Of a stretch of 64,000 nt of DNA, positions 48,148 through 58,443 are shown piece by piece. The DNA lies in NCBI GenBank assembly GCA_964520615.1, contig CAZFNL010000011.1, positions 1,123 through 65,122 of the forward strand, in the 5' to 3' direction. Position numbers and translations under genes: made by a program. The notes under the pieces were generated by a model. It saw only the letters and a list, made by a program, of their open reading frames with translations. It was not told the DNA's origin and did not search any database. The number at the start of each line of letters is the position of its first letter. Position 1 is the first letter of the stretch. Source of the stretch: an uncultured Gammaproteobacteria bacterium (GTDB lineage: Bacteria > Patescibacteriota > Microgenomatia > 2-02-FULL-39-11).

Positions 48148-49257
48148 CTAGGGGATCATCTTGCAGTTGGTATCCTGCATCTGGCACAAGATAAACTTAT
48201 GTATCTCGTCAAAATTGCCAGTCCTTGGCGCTAACACCCATTTCCCGTCGTACTGCCAGTCAGGAGGATTTACTAAAAATCCTTTCCTTCTGTTGGGAGC
48301 ATTTGATAAAATATCGCCTGCATCCAAAACCACTTTTCGCAAAGAACCATCTTTTAGTGTAGCAAAAAACCTTGCCATCTGTATCTTTTCAGACAGATTC
48401 ATATCGGTGAGGACAGTACTAATGAAAACATTTATTATCTCCACGACCCGACGGGGATCAGTCCAAAACGAAGGCTTCATCACCTTGTCTTTTATTGCCA
48501 GTATCACCTTCTGTTGCCTCTGGTCTCTGGCAAAATCAGTTCCCTCCTCCCCTTGCGCATGCCTGCTCCGGACAAATTTTAATGCTGTTGTACCATCCAT
48601 ATGTTGTAGACCGGTGTTAAAACGCACCGTCTCATATCTACAGGCAAATGTCATGTCACCGCCGCAAGCGTCATTTTCTTTGCCGGCAATAGGATACATT
48701 GTATCGGTAAAAGCTGTGGACACATTTATATCAACTCCGTCCAAAAGATCAATCAGCCTCTCAAACCCTGAAAAATCAACAAGCACGGCATAATGTACTG
48801 GTTGGCCTACCACTTCTTCAATAGCCGACTTTGCCAGTATGAAACCTCCTCCTTTTTCCTTTGCCTCCCCATAGTGATAAGCACTATTTATCTTATCCTT
48901 CAGGCTATCAAGCCAAATATCCCTGGGAATTGATACCATAAGTGCATCATGCTTTTTGAAATCAACACTGAGAAACATCATGGTATCGGTCAGATCTGCT
49001 CCCTCATGATTACCCCCTCCAATGCCCAAAACAGCAATGTTTGTCCTGCCCTGATATGATTTCAGAGTTGGCGTGGTGTTAAATATGATACTTGAAAAAA
49101 GGGATGGTGACAGATTATTGGCCACGGCAAACTGATACGCCGGAAAATATATTTTTATGAGGAATAATGCTGCTGCCAAAATAAAAATAGCCCCCAGTAT
49201 AGAGGCCTTCAGAACCGGCAGATATTTTTGGATCCTTCTCTTAAAATGATGAAGCAT
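48148..49257 (-). CDS. LytR-CpsA-Psr (LCP) family glycopolymer transferase
   Basis: N-terminal TM and an LCP core (NIAVLGIGGGNHEGADLTDTMMFLSVDFKKHDALMVSIPRDIWL). Confidence 0.75.
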   Translation of the reverse strand: MLHHFKRRIQKYLPVLKASILGAIFILAAALFLIKIYFPAYQFAVANNLSPSLFSSIIFNTTPTLKSYQGRTNIAVLGIGGGNHEGADLTDTMMFLSVDFKKHDALMVSIPRDIWLDSLKDKINSAYHYGEAKEKGGGFILAKSAIEEVVGQPVHYAVLVDFSGFERLIDLLDGVDINVSTAFTDTMYPIAGKENDACGGDMTFACRYETVRFNTGLQHMDGTTALKFVRSRHAQGEEGTDFARDQRQQKVILAIKDKVMKPSFWTDPRRVVEIINVFISTVLTDMNLSEKIQMARFFATLKDGSLRKVVLDAGDILSNAPNRRKGFLVNPPDWQYDGKWVLAPRTGNFDEIHKFILCQMQDTNCKMIP

Positions 49258-49921
49258 TGGAAACTATGTCAAAGAAACTTTGCGGGTCAAGACTGGAACC
49301 ACCTGGCAATACTCCATCGATACTTCCAAAAGACAAAAAACTGTTGGCATTTTCTGCTTTGACACTTCCGCCATAAATTACCGATTTTCCTGGATTCTTT
49401 TTTTTGATATATTCTGCTACTTCACCTGCTTTTTGCGGGCTCTCAGTCTTGCCAGTACCTATAGCCCAAACCGGCTCATAAGCCACGATATCAGCCTCAT
49501 TTGGTACTGGAGTTTCCGGCCCTGGAATGCAAAAAACTGTAATTAAACCGGCACTTTTGGCTCTTTTGGCTTTGTCAGAAAGAATATTATCTGTTTCTCC
49601 AAATTTTTCTCTTCTCTCCGAGTGACCAATAATGGCATACTGCGCAAACTCTTTTGCCATCCCTGCTGTCACTTCTCCTGTAAATGCTCCTTCAGCAAAT
49701 GGTGAAATATTCTGCACTCCCAGACCCAAAGGCAAACCATACTTATCCCTCAACTCTTTTGCCAACGGCAGAAGTACAAAAGGGGGACAAATTACTAGTG
49801 TCAGGTTTGCGGTAGAGATGGTGTCTTTTTGTCTGGAGTAAATATTGGTAAATTTGGCAAACCAGTCTCGCGTCTCCAGTAGATTCTTATTGGATTTCCA
49901 ATTGCCGATAATGTATTTCAT
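49241..49921 (-). CDS. tpiA: Triosephosphate isomerase (short form)
   Basis: IIGNWKSN (catalytic Lys), IGHSERRE (His) and AYEPVWAIGTGKT (Glu). Confidence 0.85.
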   Translation of the reverse strand: MKYIIGNWKSNKNLLETRDWFAKFTNIYSRQKDTISTANLTLVICPPFVLLPLAKELRDKYGLPLGLGVQNISPFAEGAFTGEVTAGMAKEFAQYAIIGHSERREKFGETDNILSDKAKRAKSAGLITVFCIPGPETPVPNEADIVAYEPVWAIGTGKTESPQKAGEVAEYIKKKNPGKSVIYGGSVKAENANSFLSFGSIDGVLPGGSSLDPQSFFDIVSNASSF

Positions 49922-50053
49922 AAATCAGATTTGAAGAAAGATTATGTTATTATAGTTTATTGTAACATTAGGGATAGATGTCATAAATAGCGCAAATCTC
50001 AAATTCATACGCACCTTGTCATCCTCCGGCTTGTCTCGCCCGGCGGCATAGCC

Positions 50054-51964
50054 TTGCCGAAGTCGGGACCGGAGGACCGAAATATTAATTATATATTTAA
50101 TGTTTTTATAGTATTTATGCCCAACGACTCACTTTTATCGTCTCTCAACCCCGCTCAAAAAGAAGCGGTTCTAGCTACAAATGGTCCTATCCTTATTCTG
50201 GCCGGCGCAGGATCCGGAAAGACCAGAGTACTTACATATAAAGTGGCTTATCTGATTTTGGAAAAAGAAATACCGTCCGGAAACATACTCATGGTAACAT
50301 TTACCAATAAAGCTGCAGGGGAAATGAAGGATAGAATTACGTCACTTCTGAAAAAATCAGGAGATAAACACGTATCCGATCTGCCGTTTGCCGGCACTTT
50401 CCATTCACTCTGCGCCAGGATACTCAGGCATCATGGCCGGGCAATCGGCATCACTCCCGACTTTCTCATCTACGACAGCCAAGACACAAAAGATGCTATA
50501 AAGGAAGTTCTTGAGAACTTGGGTTTGGACCAAAAAAGGTTCCATCCTCCAGCTGTAGCAGCTACCATCTCCCAAGCCAAAAACGAACTTATTTCCGCCA
50601 TTGAGTACCAACAAATCGCCCGAGGTTATTTCCAGGAAAATATCGTTAAAGTTTATATCGGATACCAGAAACTTTTACGTGAAAACAACGCCTTGGACTT
50701 TGACGATCTGCTCTTTTTCACCGTAGAGCTTTTCCGAAAAGATAAAGAGACGGCCGGATATTACCAGAATTTATTCAAATATGTCCTTGTTGACGAATAC
50801 CAGGATACCAACCATGCCCAGTATGAATTGACCCGCCTTTTGTCTAAAAGATGGAAAAATATATGTGTAGTAGGGGATGCTTCCCAAAGCATCTATGCCT
50901 GGAGGGGGGCGGATTTCAGAAATATATTGCGCTTCAAGGAAGACTTCCCTTACTGTAAAGTATTTCATCTTGAGCAAAACTACCGCTCCACCCAAACAAT
51001 ACTTTCAGCTGCTTATTCTGTCGTCTCACGGAATAATTCACACCCCATCCTAAAATTATGGACTGAGAAAAATGGCGGCGATCTCATCACTTCATTCCAA
51101 GCCAGAAACGAGCAGGAAGAGGCTCTTTTTGTCATAGGAAAAATTACCGAGTCAAAATATAAAAACAGTCATTTGCACTACTCAGACTTTGCCGTACTTT
51201 ACCGGACCAACGCCCAAAGCCGAGTTCTTGAGGAAGCACTTCTTCATACCGGACTCCCGTATATACTGGTGGGCGGGGTCAGATTTTATGAAAGGAAAGA
51301 AATAAAAGATGTTCTCTCATATTTGAGACTTTTGATAAACCCAAAAGACAGCATTTCATACAGGAGAATAGAAAAACTGGGCAAAAAGAAAATGGCAAGG
51401 TTTATGGACTTTGCCGGGAATTTCAGAAATGAAATAAAAAAAGACAATCTCTCTTCACTTGAAGTGATGGATAAAACTCTGCAGGAAACGTCCTATCTTG
51501 ATCTTTACGACAAAAACAATGAAGAAGATCTTTACAGACTGGAAAATATAAAGGAACTTCGCTCTGTTGCTTCCCAATTCCCCAATCTTAATAATTTTCT
51601 GGAAAATGTGGCGCTTGTCGAACAGGAATACTTACCGGACCGGCCGGTAGAAAATAACAATAAAAAAGACGCCATAACACTTATGACTCTACATGCTGCT
51701 AAAGGTCTGGAATTTCGCAACATATTCATGGTTGGTATGGAAGAAGGCCTTTTCCCGCATGCCAGATCAATAATGGAACCGATGGAACTTGAGGAAGAAA
51801 GAAGACTTTGCTATGTTGGTATCACCCGAGCTATGGATAAACTTTACCTTACCTATACATCCAGAAGACTTTATTTTGGCCAAAGATCAGCTAATCCCGT
51901 CTCCCGTTTCTTACTGGATATTCCCCAGGAATTGCTACAGCAATCAACGGAACAGGTAATTTAA
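50054..51964 (+). CDS. ATP-dependent DNA helicase UvrD/PcrA family
   Basis: AGAGSGKTRVLT Walker A and the DEYQDTN, GDASQSIYAWRGA and helicase motifs IV-VI. Probable start is the M at 50117. Confidence 0.85.
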   Translation: MPKSGPEDRNINYIFNVFIVFMPNDSLLSSLNPAQKEAVLATNGPILILAGAGSGKTRVLTYKVAYLILEKEIPSGNILMVTFTNKAAGEMKDRITSLLKKSGDKHVSDLPFAGTFHSLCARILRHHGRAIGITPDFLIYDSQDTKDAIKEVLENLGLDQKRFHPPAVAATISQAKNELISAIEYQQIARGYFQENIVKVYIGYQKLLRENNALDFDDLLFFTVELFRKDKETAGYYQNLFKYVLVDEYQDTNHAQYELTRLLSKRWKNICVVGDASQSIYAWRGADFRNILRFKEDFPYCKVFHLEQNYRSTQTILSAAYSVVSRNNSHPILKLWTEKNGGDLITSFQARNEQEEALFVIGKITESKYKNSHLHYSDFAVLYRTNAQSRVLEEALLHTGLPYILVGGVRFYERKEIKDVLSYLRLLINPKDSISYRRIEKLGKKKMARFMDFAGNFRNEIKKDNLSSLEVMDKTLQETSYLDLYDKNNEEDLYRLENIKELRSVASQFPNLNNFLENVALVEQEYLPDRPVENNNKKDAITLMTLHAAKGLEFRNIFMVGMEEGLFPHARSIMEPMELEEERRLCYVGITRAMDKLYLTYTSRRLYFGQRSANPVSRFLLDIPQELLQQSTEQVI

Positions 51965-51966
51965 TC

Positions 51967-52446
51967 TTACTGGCAACTTACTACCTTTTCCAACCCTACG
52001 TTGTAAGTGTAATTTTTTCCCTGTGACTGAAGAACTATGATATACCCCGGAGTTATCACCTGGGAATACATTTGGTTTCTTTTAGGACAACCAAGACTCG
52101 TGTCGTTCCAATTCTTTTGAGTTATACTGATCACTTGGATATCATTGGCAGACATGTCAAGCTTTTTAGCCAAATCAGCTTTTGCCATACCGGTATAAGT
52201 ATCCTGCTTCAGGTTGCCTCCATATGGAACAATATCCGCCGGAGTGGGCGTAGGAATTGGAGTTGAGGTTGGTACTGCGCCCAACAATACTTTCGCAGCT
52301 GTTATTACACCGCCTCCGGAAACGGCATTCAGAATGACTACTACCACCAAAATTACTCCCGCAATGATCCATTTGGACCTCAATACTGGTTTTGATTTCC
52401 TTTTGACCGGTTTTCTTGCTATTTTTGTTTTGGTTTTGGTTTTCAT
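51967..52446 (-). CDS. Membrane-anchored extracellular protein, hypothetical
   Basis: Lys-rich N-terminus, a TM, a PT linker, and a ~90-aa extracellular domain. Confidence 0.4.
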   Translation of the reverse strand: MKTKTKTKIARKPVKRKSKPVLRSKWIIAGVILVVVVILNAVSGGGVITAAKVLLGAVPTSTPIPTPTPADIVPYGGNLKQDTYTGMAKADLAKKLDMSANDIQVISITQKNWNDTSLGCPKRNQMYSQVITPGYIIVLQSQGKNYTYNVGLEKVVSCQ

Positions 52447-52527
52447 GCTTGAATTTAAGTATATATCACTACCAATTATTCATATAATAACATAAAATAA
52501 CATTTGTGAAGTGTCCCTTATAAATAT

Positions 52528-53535
52528 ATGGATATAAAGTCAGTTTCCGAAAAAGACAGAATTGTATTTGACAAACTGGCCACCCACCCTCTACAGTCAT
52601 GGGAATGGGGGGAATTTCGCAAAAAAACAGGAATTGACGTAGCAAGACTGGGCAGATTTGACAACGATAAGCTTGTAGAGACAGCTCAGATCACTTTCCA
52701 TAAACTTCCAACCACAAACTATACCATAGGCTATCTGCCAAAATGCGGCCGAATAAGTACTGAAATGCTTATGAGATTGAGTGCATTGGGTAAAGAAAAA
52801 AACTGTATCTTCATCAAATTTGAGCCGAATATCGAAAAAAAAAATTGGAAACTTAACATTGTCGCCTCCCCCCACCCACTTTTTACTAAATACACTTTCC
52901 AACTTGATATCTCAAAATCCGAAAAAGAACTTTTGTCTGTTATGCATCCCAAAACCAGATACAACATCAAGGTTGCCCAAAAGCACAGTGTGACCGTGAC
53001 GGAAGATAACTCAAAGGAGGCTTTTAAGAAGTACCTGGAACTTACTTTTGAAACCACCAGAAGGCAAAAATTCTATGCGCATAATGAGCGTTATCATACT
53101 CTCATGTGGGAGACGCTACACCCCTGTGGCATCGCCCATCTTTTGACCGCCAGTTTTGAAGATATGGACCATAAACATATTCTTGTGACGTGGGTTCTTT
53201 TTCTTTTCAATAAAGTTATTTATTATCCATACGGCGCCTCAAGCGACAGTTTCCGAAACGTCATGGCCTCAAACCTTATGATGTGGGAAGCAATAAGATG
53301 GGGTAAAAAAATGGGCGCAAAGAAATTTGACATGTGGGGCGCACTAGGCCCAAACCCCTCTCCCAATGACTCATGGTATGGATTCCACAGGTTCAAACAG
53401 GGATACGGGGCAACACTGGTAGAATTTGCGGGAAGTTTTGATATTGTGATACACCCGGCCGCATATAAAATCTTCAACATTTTGCATGCTGGCAGGGAAA
53501 TCTTTCTGAAAATAAGAAGCAACTTCCGCAACTAA
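52528..53535 (+). CDS. FemAB-family peptidoglycan interpeptide-bridge peptidyltransferase-like protein
   Basis: LQSWEWGEFRKKTG motif and the two GNAT-like halves of FemX/FemAB proteins. Confidence 0.65.
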   Translation: MDIKSVSEKDRIVFDKLATHPLQSWEWGEFRKKTGIDVARLGRFDNDKLVETAQITFHKLPTTNYTIGYLPKCGRISTEMLMRLSALGKEKNCIFIKFEPNIEKKNWKLNIVASPHPLFTKYTFQLDISKSEKELLSVMHPKTRYNIKVAQKHSVTVTEDNSKEAFKKYLELTFETTRRQKFYAHNERYHTLMWETLHPCGIAHLLTASFEDMDHKHILVTWVLFLFNKVIYYPYGASSDSFRNVMASNLMMWEAIRWGKKMGAKKFDMWGALGPNPSPNDSWYGFHRFKQGYGATLVEFAGSFDIVIHPAAYKIFNILHAGREIFLKIRSNFRN

Positions 53536-53556
53536 CTGAAAAACAAATTTCCGTCT

Positions 53557-55227
53557 ATGATTACCTACTTTAATATCCGCAGACATATCAATCTGTTTTT
53601 GGTTTTGGCTGTTGTTTTTCTCTGCATTGCTACATATATAAATATCCTGCCAAATAAGCTTTTTTTTGACGATGAAGAGTTGATATACAAGAACTACTAC
53701 GTGCAAAACCTGAAATATCTGCCTCAATACTTTACCCAAAATATGATTGCCGGAGCGGGCAAGATAAGCAATATGTATCGGCCTATCCTTCTTACTTCTT
53801 TTGCCGCAGACTACGCAATATGGAAAGATAATCCTATCGGTTTTCACCTGACCAGTATCGTCCTCCATTCTATAAATGCTGTTTTATTTTTTTTTCTGAC
53901 TTTGAAATTGTTTGGCAACAAATTTATCGCATTTTTTTCCTCTCTTCTTTTTGCGGTACACCCGGCACTTTCTGAAGCGGTCATCTATGCCTCTGGCAGG
54001 ACCGACCCATTATACGCGTTCTTCATGCTCTGCAGCCTCCTACTCTTTATCTCCTGTCTGGAAAAGAAAAAAAAGGGGTGGGCAAGATATACCGTTTCAA
54101 TCCTGTTTTTTATTCTGTCGCTTCTGTCAAAGGAAACAGCCATAGTGTTTCCCCTTATTCTTCCGCTCGTTATCCTCGCTTTTCTACATACCAAAAATAT
54201 TAAAGAGCTAAATGACAAAAAAACACGCCTGGTAAACCTAAAGTTTAACAATCTTAATGTTCTGCTTAAAACAGGTATATTATCTCTACCTTTCTTCACC
54301 ATCAGTTTTATTTACTTTATTTTGCGGTTAACAATCCTAAACTTTGCTGACACTTTAAATTTTTATCTAAATAATGCGGGTACAACTGGCGCATCTACGG
54401 CTTCTTTATACAGCCAAAATCTTCCAGTACGTCTCTACACTTTCTCCAAAGTTTTTTTTGATTATGCCGGTCTTATATTTTTCCCCAACTATCTTGCCAT
54501 TGCCAGAACTCCCCAAATAATTACAACAATTTTCAATCATTGGGTCATCCTGTTTATTTTTGCCGTCACTATTTTTGTTATCGTCGCCAAACGCAATTGG
54601 CCCAAAAACGGCATCATCGCTTTTGCCCTTTTGTGGTTTTTCATCCTTATTTTGCCTGTTTCAGGTATCATCCCTATAAATAATATTGAGTCTGAGCATT
54701 ATCTTTATCTACCCTCATTATCTTTTTTCGTCATCATCTCCTATTTCGTCTATTTTATATGGCAAAGAGTAAGATCTTCTGAGATAAAAACAGCTTTTGC
54801 CATGCTCCTTATTATCATCACTCTACTACTATCCCTGCGGACAGTCGCAAGGACTTTTGATTGGCGGGATCCAGTCACTTTTTACAACATCGCTCTTTCC
54901 CAATCTCCCGGCAACCTGCCTATCCAAAACAACTTGGCAATGGCTTATGAGGAAAAAGGGGATATCAGTCTGGCAATTGAGCAGTATAAAAATATTATCG
55001 CCGTGGGAGATTTTTATCCCAATATCCACCACAACCTGGCCAATGCTTATGTAAAGCAAGGTGAATATAAGAAGGCCGAAACTGAGTACAAAAAAGCTCT
55101 TTCAATGGATCCGAAATTCTACTTCAGTTACTACGGATTACTTGATCTTTACCAAAAAACGGGCAATGCTTCAAAAGCAGCTGAAATGAAATCCGTTATT
55201 TATAGACTGCAAAAAGTACAGCAATAA
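53557..55227 (+). CDS. TMTC/PMT-like GT-C membrane glycosyltransferase with C-terminal TPR repeats
   Basis: About 11 TM helices with a conserved first-loop motif (YRPILLTSFAADYAIW...GFHLTSIVLHSINA) as in DUF1736/TMTC proteins. Three C-terminal TPR units (AMAYEEKGD..., ANAYVKQGEYKKAE...). Confidence 0.55.
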   Translation: MITYFNIRRHINLFLVLAVVFLCIATYINILPNKLFFDDEELIYKNYYVQNLKYLPQYFTQNMIAGAGKISNMYRPILLTSFAADYAIWKDNPIGFHLTSIVLHSINAVLFFFLTLKLFGNKFIAFFSSLLFAVHPALSEAVIYASGRTDPLYAFFMLCSLLLFISCLEKKKKGWARYTVSILFFILSLLSKETAIVFPLILPLVILAFLHTKNIKELNDKKTRLVNLKFNNLNVLLKTGILSLPFFTISFIYFILRLTILNFADTLNFYLNNAGTTGASTASLYSQNLPVRLYTFSKVFFDYAGLIFFPNYLAIARTPQIITTIFNHWVILFIFAVTIFVIVAKRNWPKNGIIAFALLWFFILILPVSGIIPINNIESEHYLYLPSLSFFVIISYFVYFIWQRVRSSEIKTAFAMLLIIITLLLSLRTVARTFDWRDPVTFYNIALSQSPGNLPIQNNLAMAYEEKGDISLAIEQYKNIIAVGDFYPNIHHNLANAYVKQGEYKKAETEYKKALSMDPKFYFSYYGLLDLYQKTGNASKAAEMKSVIYRLQKVQQ

Positions 55228-55230
55228 ATT

Positions 55231-56178
55231 ATGACTGATATCAGACAATCAAGGTTTTTTGCAAATTTTATGAAGGATTTAGGCTGGAAAACCGAAAAAA
55301 TAAAAAATTCTTACGTATACCTGCGCCGTTTTCCACTTCTGGGATATTTTGCCAAAGTACCCAAAATCACTCCTCCCCTGCCCCTCACTGAAATAGACGC
55401 ATTAAGGTTAAAATATAATATCTTTCAGATAATGGTCGCGCCTGACATCCCTACTGACAACAGGCAATATAAAATACTCCTCAGACAACTTGAAGTAAAA
55501 AAATTCAAGGTGGATATAAGTCCCTTTAATCCCACCACAGATATTCGATTTGATCTGGCAATTGATGAAAAAGATATTTTTTCCCGTTTTGCTGAGGCAA
55601 AAAGGAGAGGTGTAAGACGCGCCATAAAAAACCACATTACGGTAATTGAATCAGATGACTTTGAATCTTTCATAAAGATAAGGAAAAAACAGTACTCACC
55701 GGTCGGTTTCCTTGTTGCCCCGGAGATGCGCAAACTCTGGAGAAATTTTTATCCTGCAAATGCCTCTTTGTTATTGGCCTACTCAAATACTGATACTAGC
55801 ACTCACGATGTCTTTTCCAAGATCCCAAAACAAGTAAAACTTCTAACGGGAAAAAACAAACCGGAACCGGTAGCCGGCATCCTTCTGCTTTTTTATAATA
55901 GCGTTGCGTACTACTGGTATGCCTCGGCACTAAAAAAAGGTAAGAGACTATTTGCCCCGACACTTTTGGTCTGGCAAGCGCTCAGAATTTCCCAAAAAAG
56001 AGGTTGTAAAGAATTTACATTTGAAGGAATATATGATGAAAGGTTCCCCAAAGCCGCCAAATCATGGAAAGGTTTTACCAAATTTAAGGAAGGTTTCGGC
56101 GGGAAAAAAGTAGTTTATATGGAAAACTTTTCCCAAATCACCAATCCAGTTTTTAACCTACTACACTTCGTTATGTAG
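55231..56178 (+). CDS. FemAB-family peptidyltransferase-like protein (second paralog)
   Basis: N-terminal QSRFFANFMKDLGWK and the C-terminal FemAB-like half (YYWYASA...K). Parallels 52528-53535. Confidence 0.6.
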   Translation: MTDIRQSRFFANFMKDLGWKTEKIKNSYVYLRRFPLLGYFAKVPKITPPLPLTEIDALRLKYNIFQIMVAPDIPTDNRQYKILLRQLEVKKFKVDISPFNPTTDIRFDLAIDEKDIFSRFAEAKRRGVRRAIKNHITVIESDDFESFIKIRKKQYSPVGFLVAPEMRKLWRNFYPANASLLLAYSNTDTSTHDVFSKIPKQVKLLTGKNKPEPVAGILLLFYNSVAYYWYASALKKGKRLFAPTLLVWQALRISQKRGCKEFTFEGIYDERFPKAAKSWKGFTKFKEGFGGKKVVYMENFSQITNPVFNLLHFVM

Positions 56179-56943
56179 TTTTAGCCATTTTGTGTCTATA
56201 TCCGGAAACTGGGCAGAAACTTTATCCATAAGAGCCCGCAGTCCGAAAACTTCAGTCGCATAGTGTCCTCCGGCAATAAGATGGACTCCTGCTTCACGAA
56301 ATAGCTCCCTGTTCCACTCGTGCACTTCACCGGTGACGTAAAGGTCCACTTTTTCGTCTATCAAATCCTGTATTTCGGATGCTCCGGGAGCACCTTTACC
56401 GGACAGTGCCACAACTTTTTTAACCTTTTCCGGCCCAAAATCATAGACGGTAAGGCGTTTACTCAAATAGGGTCTAAGGTTCCCAATGATATTTTCCAGT
56501 GTTTGCGGTTTTTCAAAGACTCCCGTCCATCCCCAGGGATATCCATGGAAGAAATATTGCGCTTCCTTTTTTGCGCCAACCGTTTCCAGAATTTGGGCAT
56601 TGTTTCCCACCTGCGGGTGGGCATCCAGAAGAAAATGGTAACCGAAAAGTGATATGTCGTTTTGCAAAAGATATCCTATCCGGTTTTGGAAAATTTCATC
56701 ATAGCGGTTTGTCGGCGGCAGATTAAAAGAATGATGTACGACAATTGCGTCACAATTTTCTTTTTGGGCCAGACCAAAAAGTTCCAGTGAAGCTGAAACA
56801 CCAAAGCCTACTTTTTTCACTTCCTCCCTACCCTTTACCAGAAGACCGTTTGTCATGTACGGATCTATAACTGCAGTATCCATCTTCTTGTCAAAAAGAA
56901 GATAACCGTCAAGAAACTTTTGCATTTGTGAGAGATAAATCAT
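56161..56943 (-). CDS. Nif3-like dinuclear metal centre protein (YqfO/YbgI family)
   Basis: IVVHHS...LLDAHPQ motifs with His clusters, as in the NIF3 family. Confidence 0.7.
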   Translation of the reverse strand: MIYLSQMQKFLDGYLLFDKKMDTAVIDPYMTNGLLVKGREEVKKVGFGVSASLELFGLAQKENCDAIVVHHSFNLPPTNRYDEIFQNRIGYLLQNDISLFGYHFLLDAHPQVGNNAQILETVGAKKEAQYFFHGYPWGWTGVFEKPQTLENIIGNLRPYLSKRLTVYDFGPEKVKKVVALSGKGAPGASEIQDLIDEKVDLYVTGEVHEWNRELFREAGVHLIAGGHYATEVFGLRALMDKVSAQFPDIDTKWLKLHNEV

Positions 56944-56948
56944 AATGT

Positions 56949-57170
56949 CTATCTGTGAAATAGATTTTCTATTTTTACATCCAGTTTTCCGGCGATTTTC
57001 ATCAACAGTTTGAGAGAGGGACTCTCCCTGCCTTGCTCTATATATCCCATATACACTCTACTTATTCCCAATCTAGCAGCAAATTCTTCTTGAGTAAAGT
57101 CTTTCTGTTTTCTCAACTTTTGAATTTTTTTACCTAATATTTCCAGAGCTCTTGCATTACTTCCCCGCAT
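56949..57170 (-). CDS. XRE-family helix-turn-helix transcriptional regulator
   Basis: 73 aa with QEEFAARLGISRVYMGYIEQGRESPSLKLL, an HTH_3 motif. Confidence 0.65.
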   Translation of the reverse strand: MRGSNARALEILGKKIQKLRKQKDFTQEEFAARLGISRVYMGYIEQGRESPSLKLLMKIAGKLDVKIENLFHR

Positions 57171-57306
57171 ACAGATAATTTTCTGTGCTGGAAGTCTGAT
57201 AGTCTACTAAGTATAACTAAGCAATTAGCCTCAAATTACTACTTGAAACTCACGCTAAGAAATACTAAGATTTTTTTAGTAGGCAAACCAATTCTGTAGT
57301 AAATTT

Positions 57307-58443
57307 ATGAACAAACATTTGCTTTTATCAGACGGGTTTGTAGTACTGTTTGTAATCGGCTTTTTCTCCTTTGCTCTCTTCTCTTTTCCCACTAAAGTAT
57401 CTGCCACAGACTATCTCTTCGGCTCAGACGGTACAAATTTCTTCATCAAGCCCAAAGGCAGCAGCAATATCTTCCAGATGGACTCTACCGGCCACATCTC
57501 CACCGCTACGATAAATGCCTCAAATATATCTTCAGGACAATTCGGCTCAAACACAGGCGGAGGAAACTATGTTTTTTCCGGCAACGTCGGCATCGGGACG
57601 ACAGGACCGGTATACAAATTGGATGTGCAAGGTGGAGACATAAATGCTGCAAACAATTTGCGTGAGGGTGGCACTGCCATGTCCAGTAAATATGCCTATG
57701 TCGGCGGCGGAAATGCCTCAGGAACCTGGGGAATCAACGTCACAGGCAATGCGGCCACAGTAACAAATGGCATCTACACCACTAATATCGGCAGTTATGC
57801 TCCTTCGCTCACCGGAGGCGGAGCGTCAGGAACGTGGGGGATAAATGTTACGGGTAGCGCCGGAAGTGTCGCCTGGGGAAACGTCACCAGCAAACCATAT
57901 CCTGTCAACGGACAAAGCTGGAACTGGTCGGGACAAGGTGGACAACCAACCTGGCTGTGGGGAAGTAATGACGGTACAAATATGTATGTTTGGAACCCAA
58001 GCAACTTCAGTGTCAATTATGCCAACAGCGCAAACAGTGCTACCTATGCCACTTATATCAATGATGACAGTTACAATGCTAAACTTCATTGGTCAGGCCA
58101 AGGTGGACAACCAACCTGGCTGTGGGGAAGTAATGACGGACAAAACTTCTATGTCTGGAATCCAAGTAATTTCAACGTGAATAATGCCCTACATTCTGCA
58201 ACGATGGTTTGGGGCTTTAATGTTGGTCATGGCGTATGGACAACTGCAACTTGTCCTGCGGGACAAACTATTATAAGTGCCAAAAATATTGGTTATGGAA
58301 ACTGTGACTGGAATCCCGGATGGTGTCACCAGAATTTTTCCGGTTCCAGTGTCAATCAACGTGAAGATTGCAAAGGCGCAACTAGTTGTAGTCAAATATC
58401 ATGGGGGTGTTCGGGTAATTGCATAAATATAGTCTGTGATTAG
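57307..58443 (+). CDS. Secreted tail-fibre-like repeat protein with Cys-rich C-terminal domain
   Basis: Signal anchor and SGNVGIGTTGPVYKLDV (a motif common in tail-fibre-domain proteins). Duplicated GTWGINVTG units and a ~57-aa internal tandem repeat (WSGQGGQPTWLWGSNDG...VWNPSNF). C-terminal 90 aa carries 10 Cys. Confidence 0.5.
   Translation: MNKHLLLSDGFVVLFVIGFFSFALFSFPTKVSATDYLFGSDGTNFFIKPKGSSNIFQMDSTGHISTATINASNISSGQFGSNTGGGNYVFSGNVGIGTTGPVYKLDVQGGDINAANNLREGGTAMSSKYAYVGGGNASGTWGINVTGNAATVTNGIYTTNIGSYAPSLTGGGASGTWGINVTGSAGSVAWGNVTSKPYPVNGQSWNWSGQGGQPTWLWGSNDGTNMYVWNPSNFSVNYANSANSATYATYINDDSYNAKLHWSGQGGQPTWLWGSNDGQNFYVWNPSNFNVNNALHSATMVWGFNVGHGVWTTATCPAGQTIISAKNIGYGNCDWNPGWCHQNFSGSSVNQREDCKGATSCSQISWGCSGNCINIVCD

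Noticed and set aside
57900-58210. Diversity-generating retroelement target, suggested by the internal repeats of the tail-fibre-like gene
   Set aside because: No reverse transcriptase or template repeat in the window. The differences between repeat copies are mostly synonymous third-position changes rather than adenine-specific substitutions.
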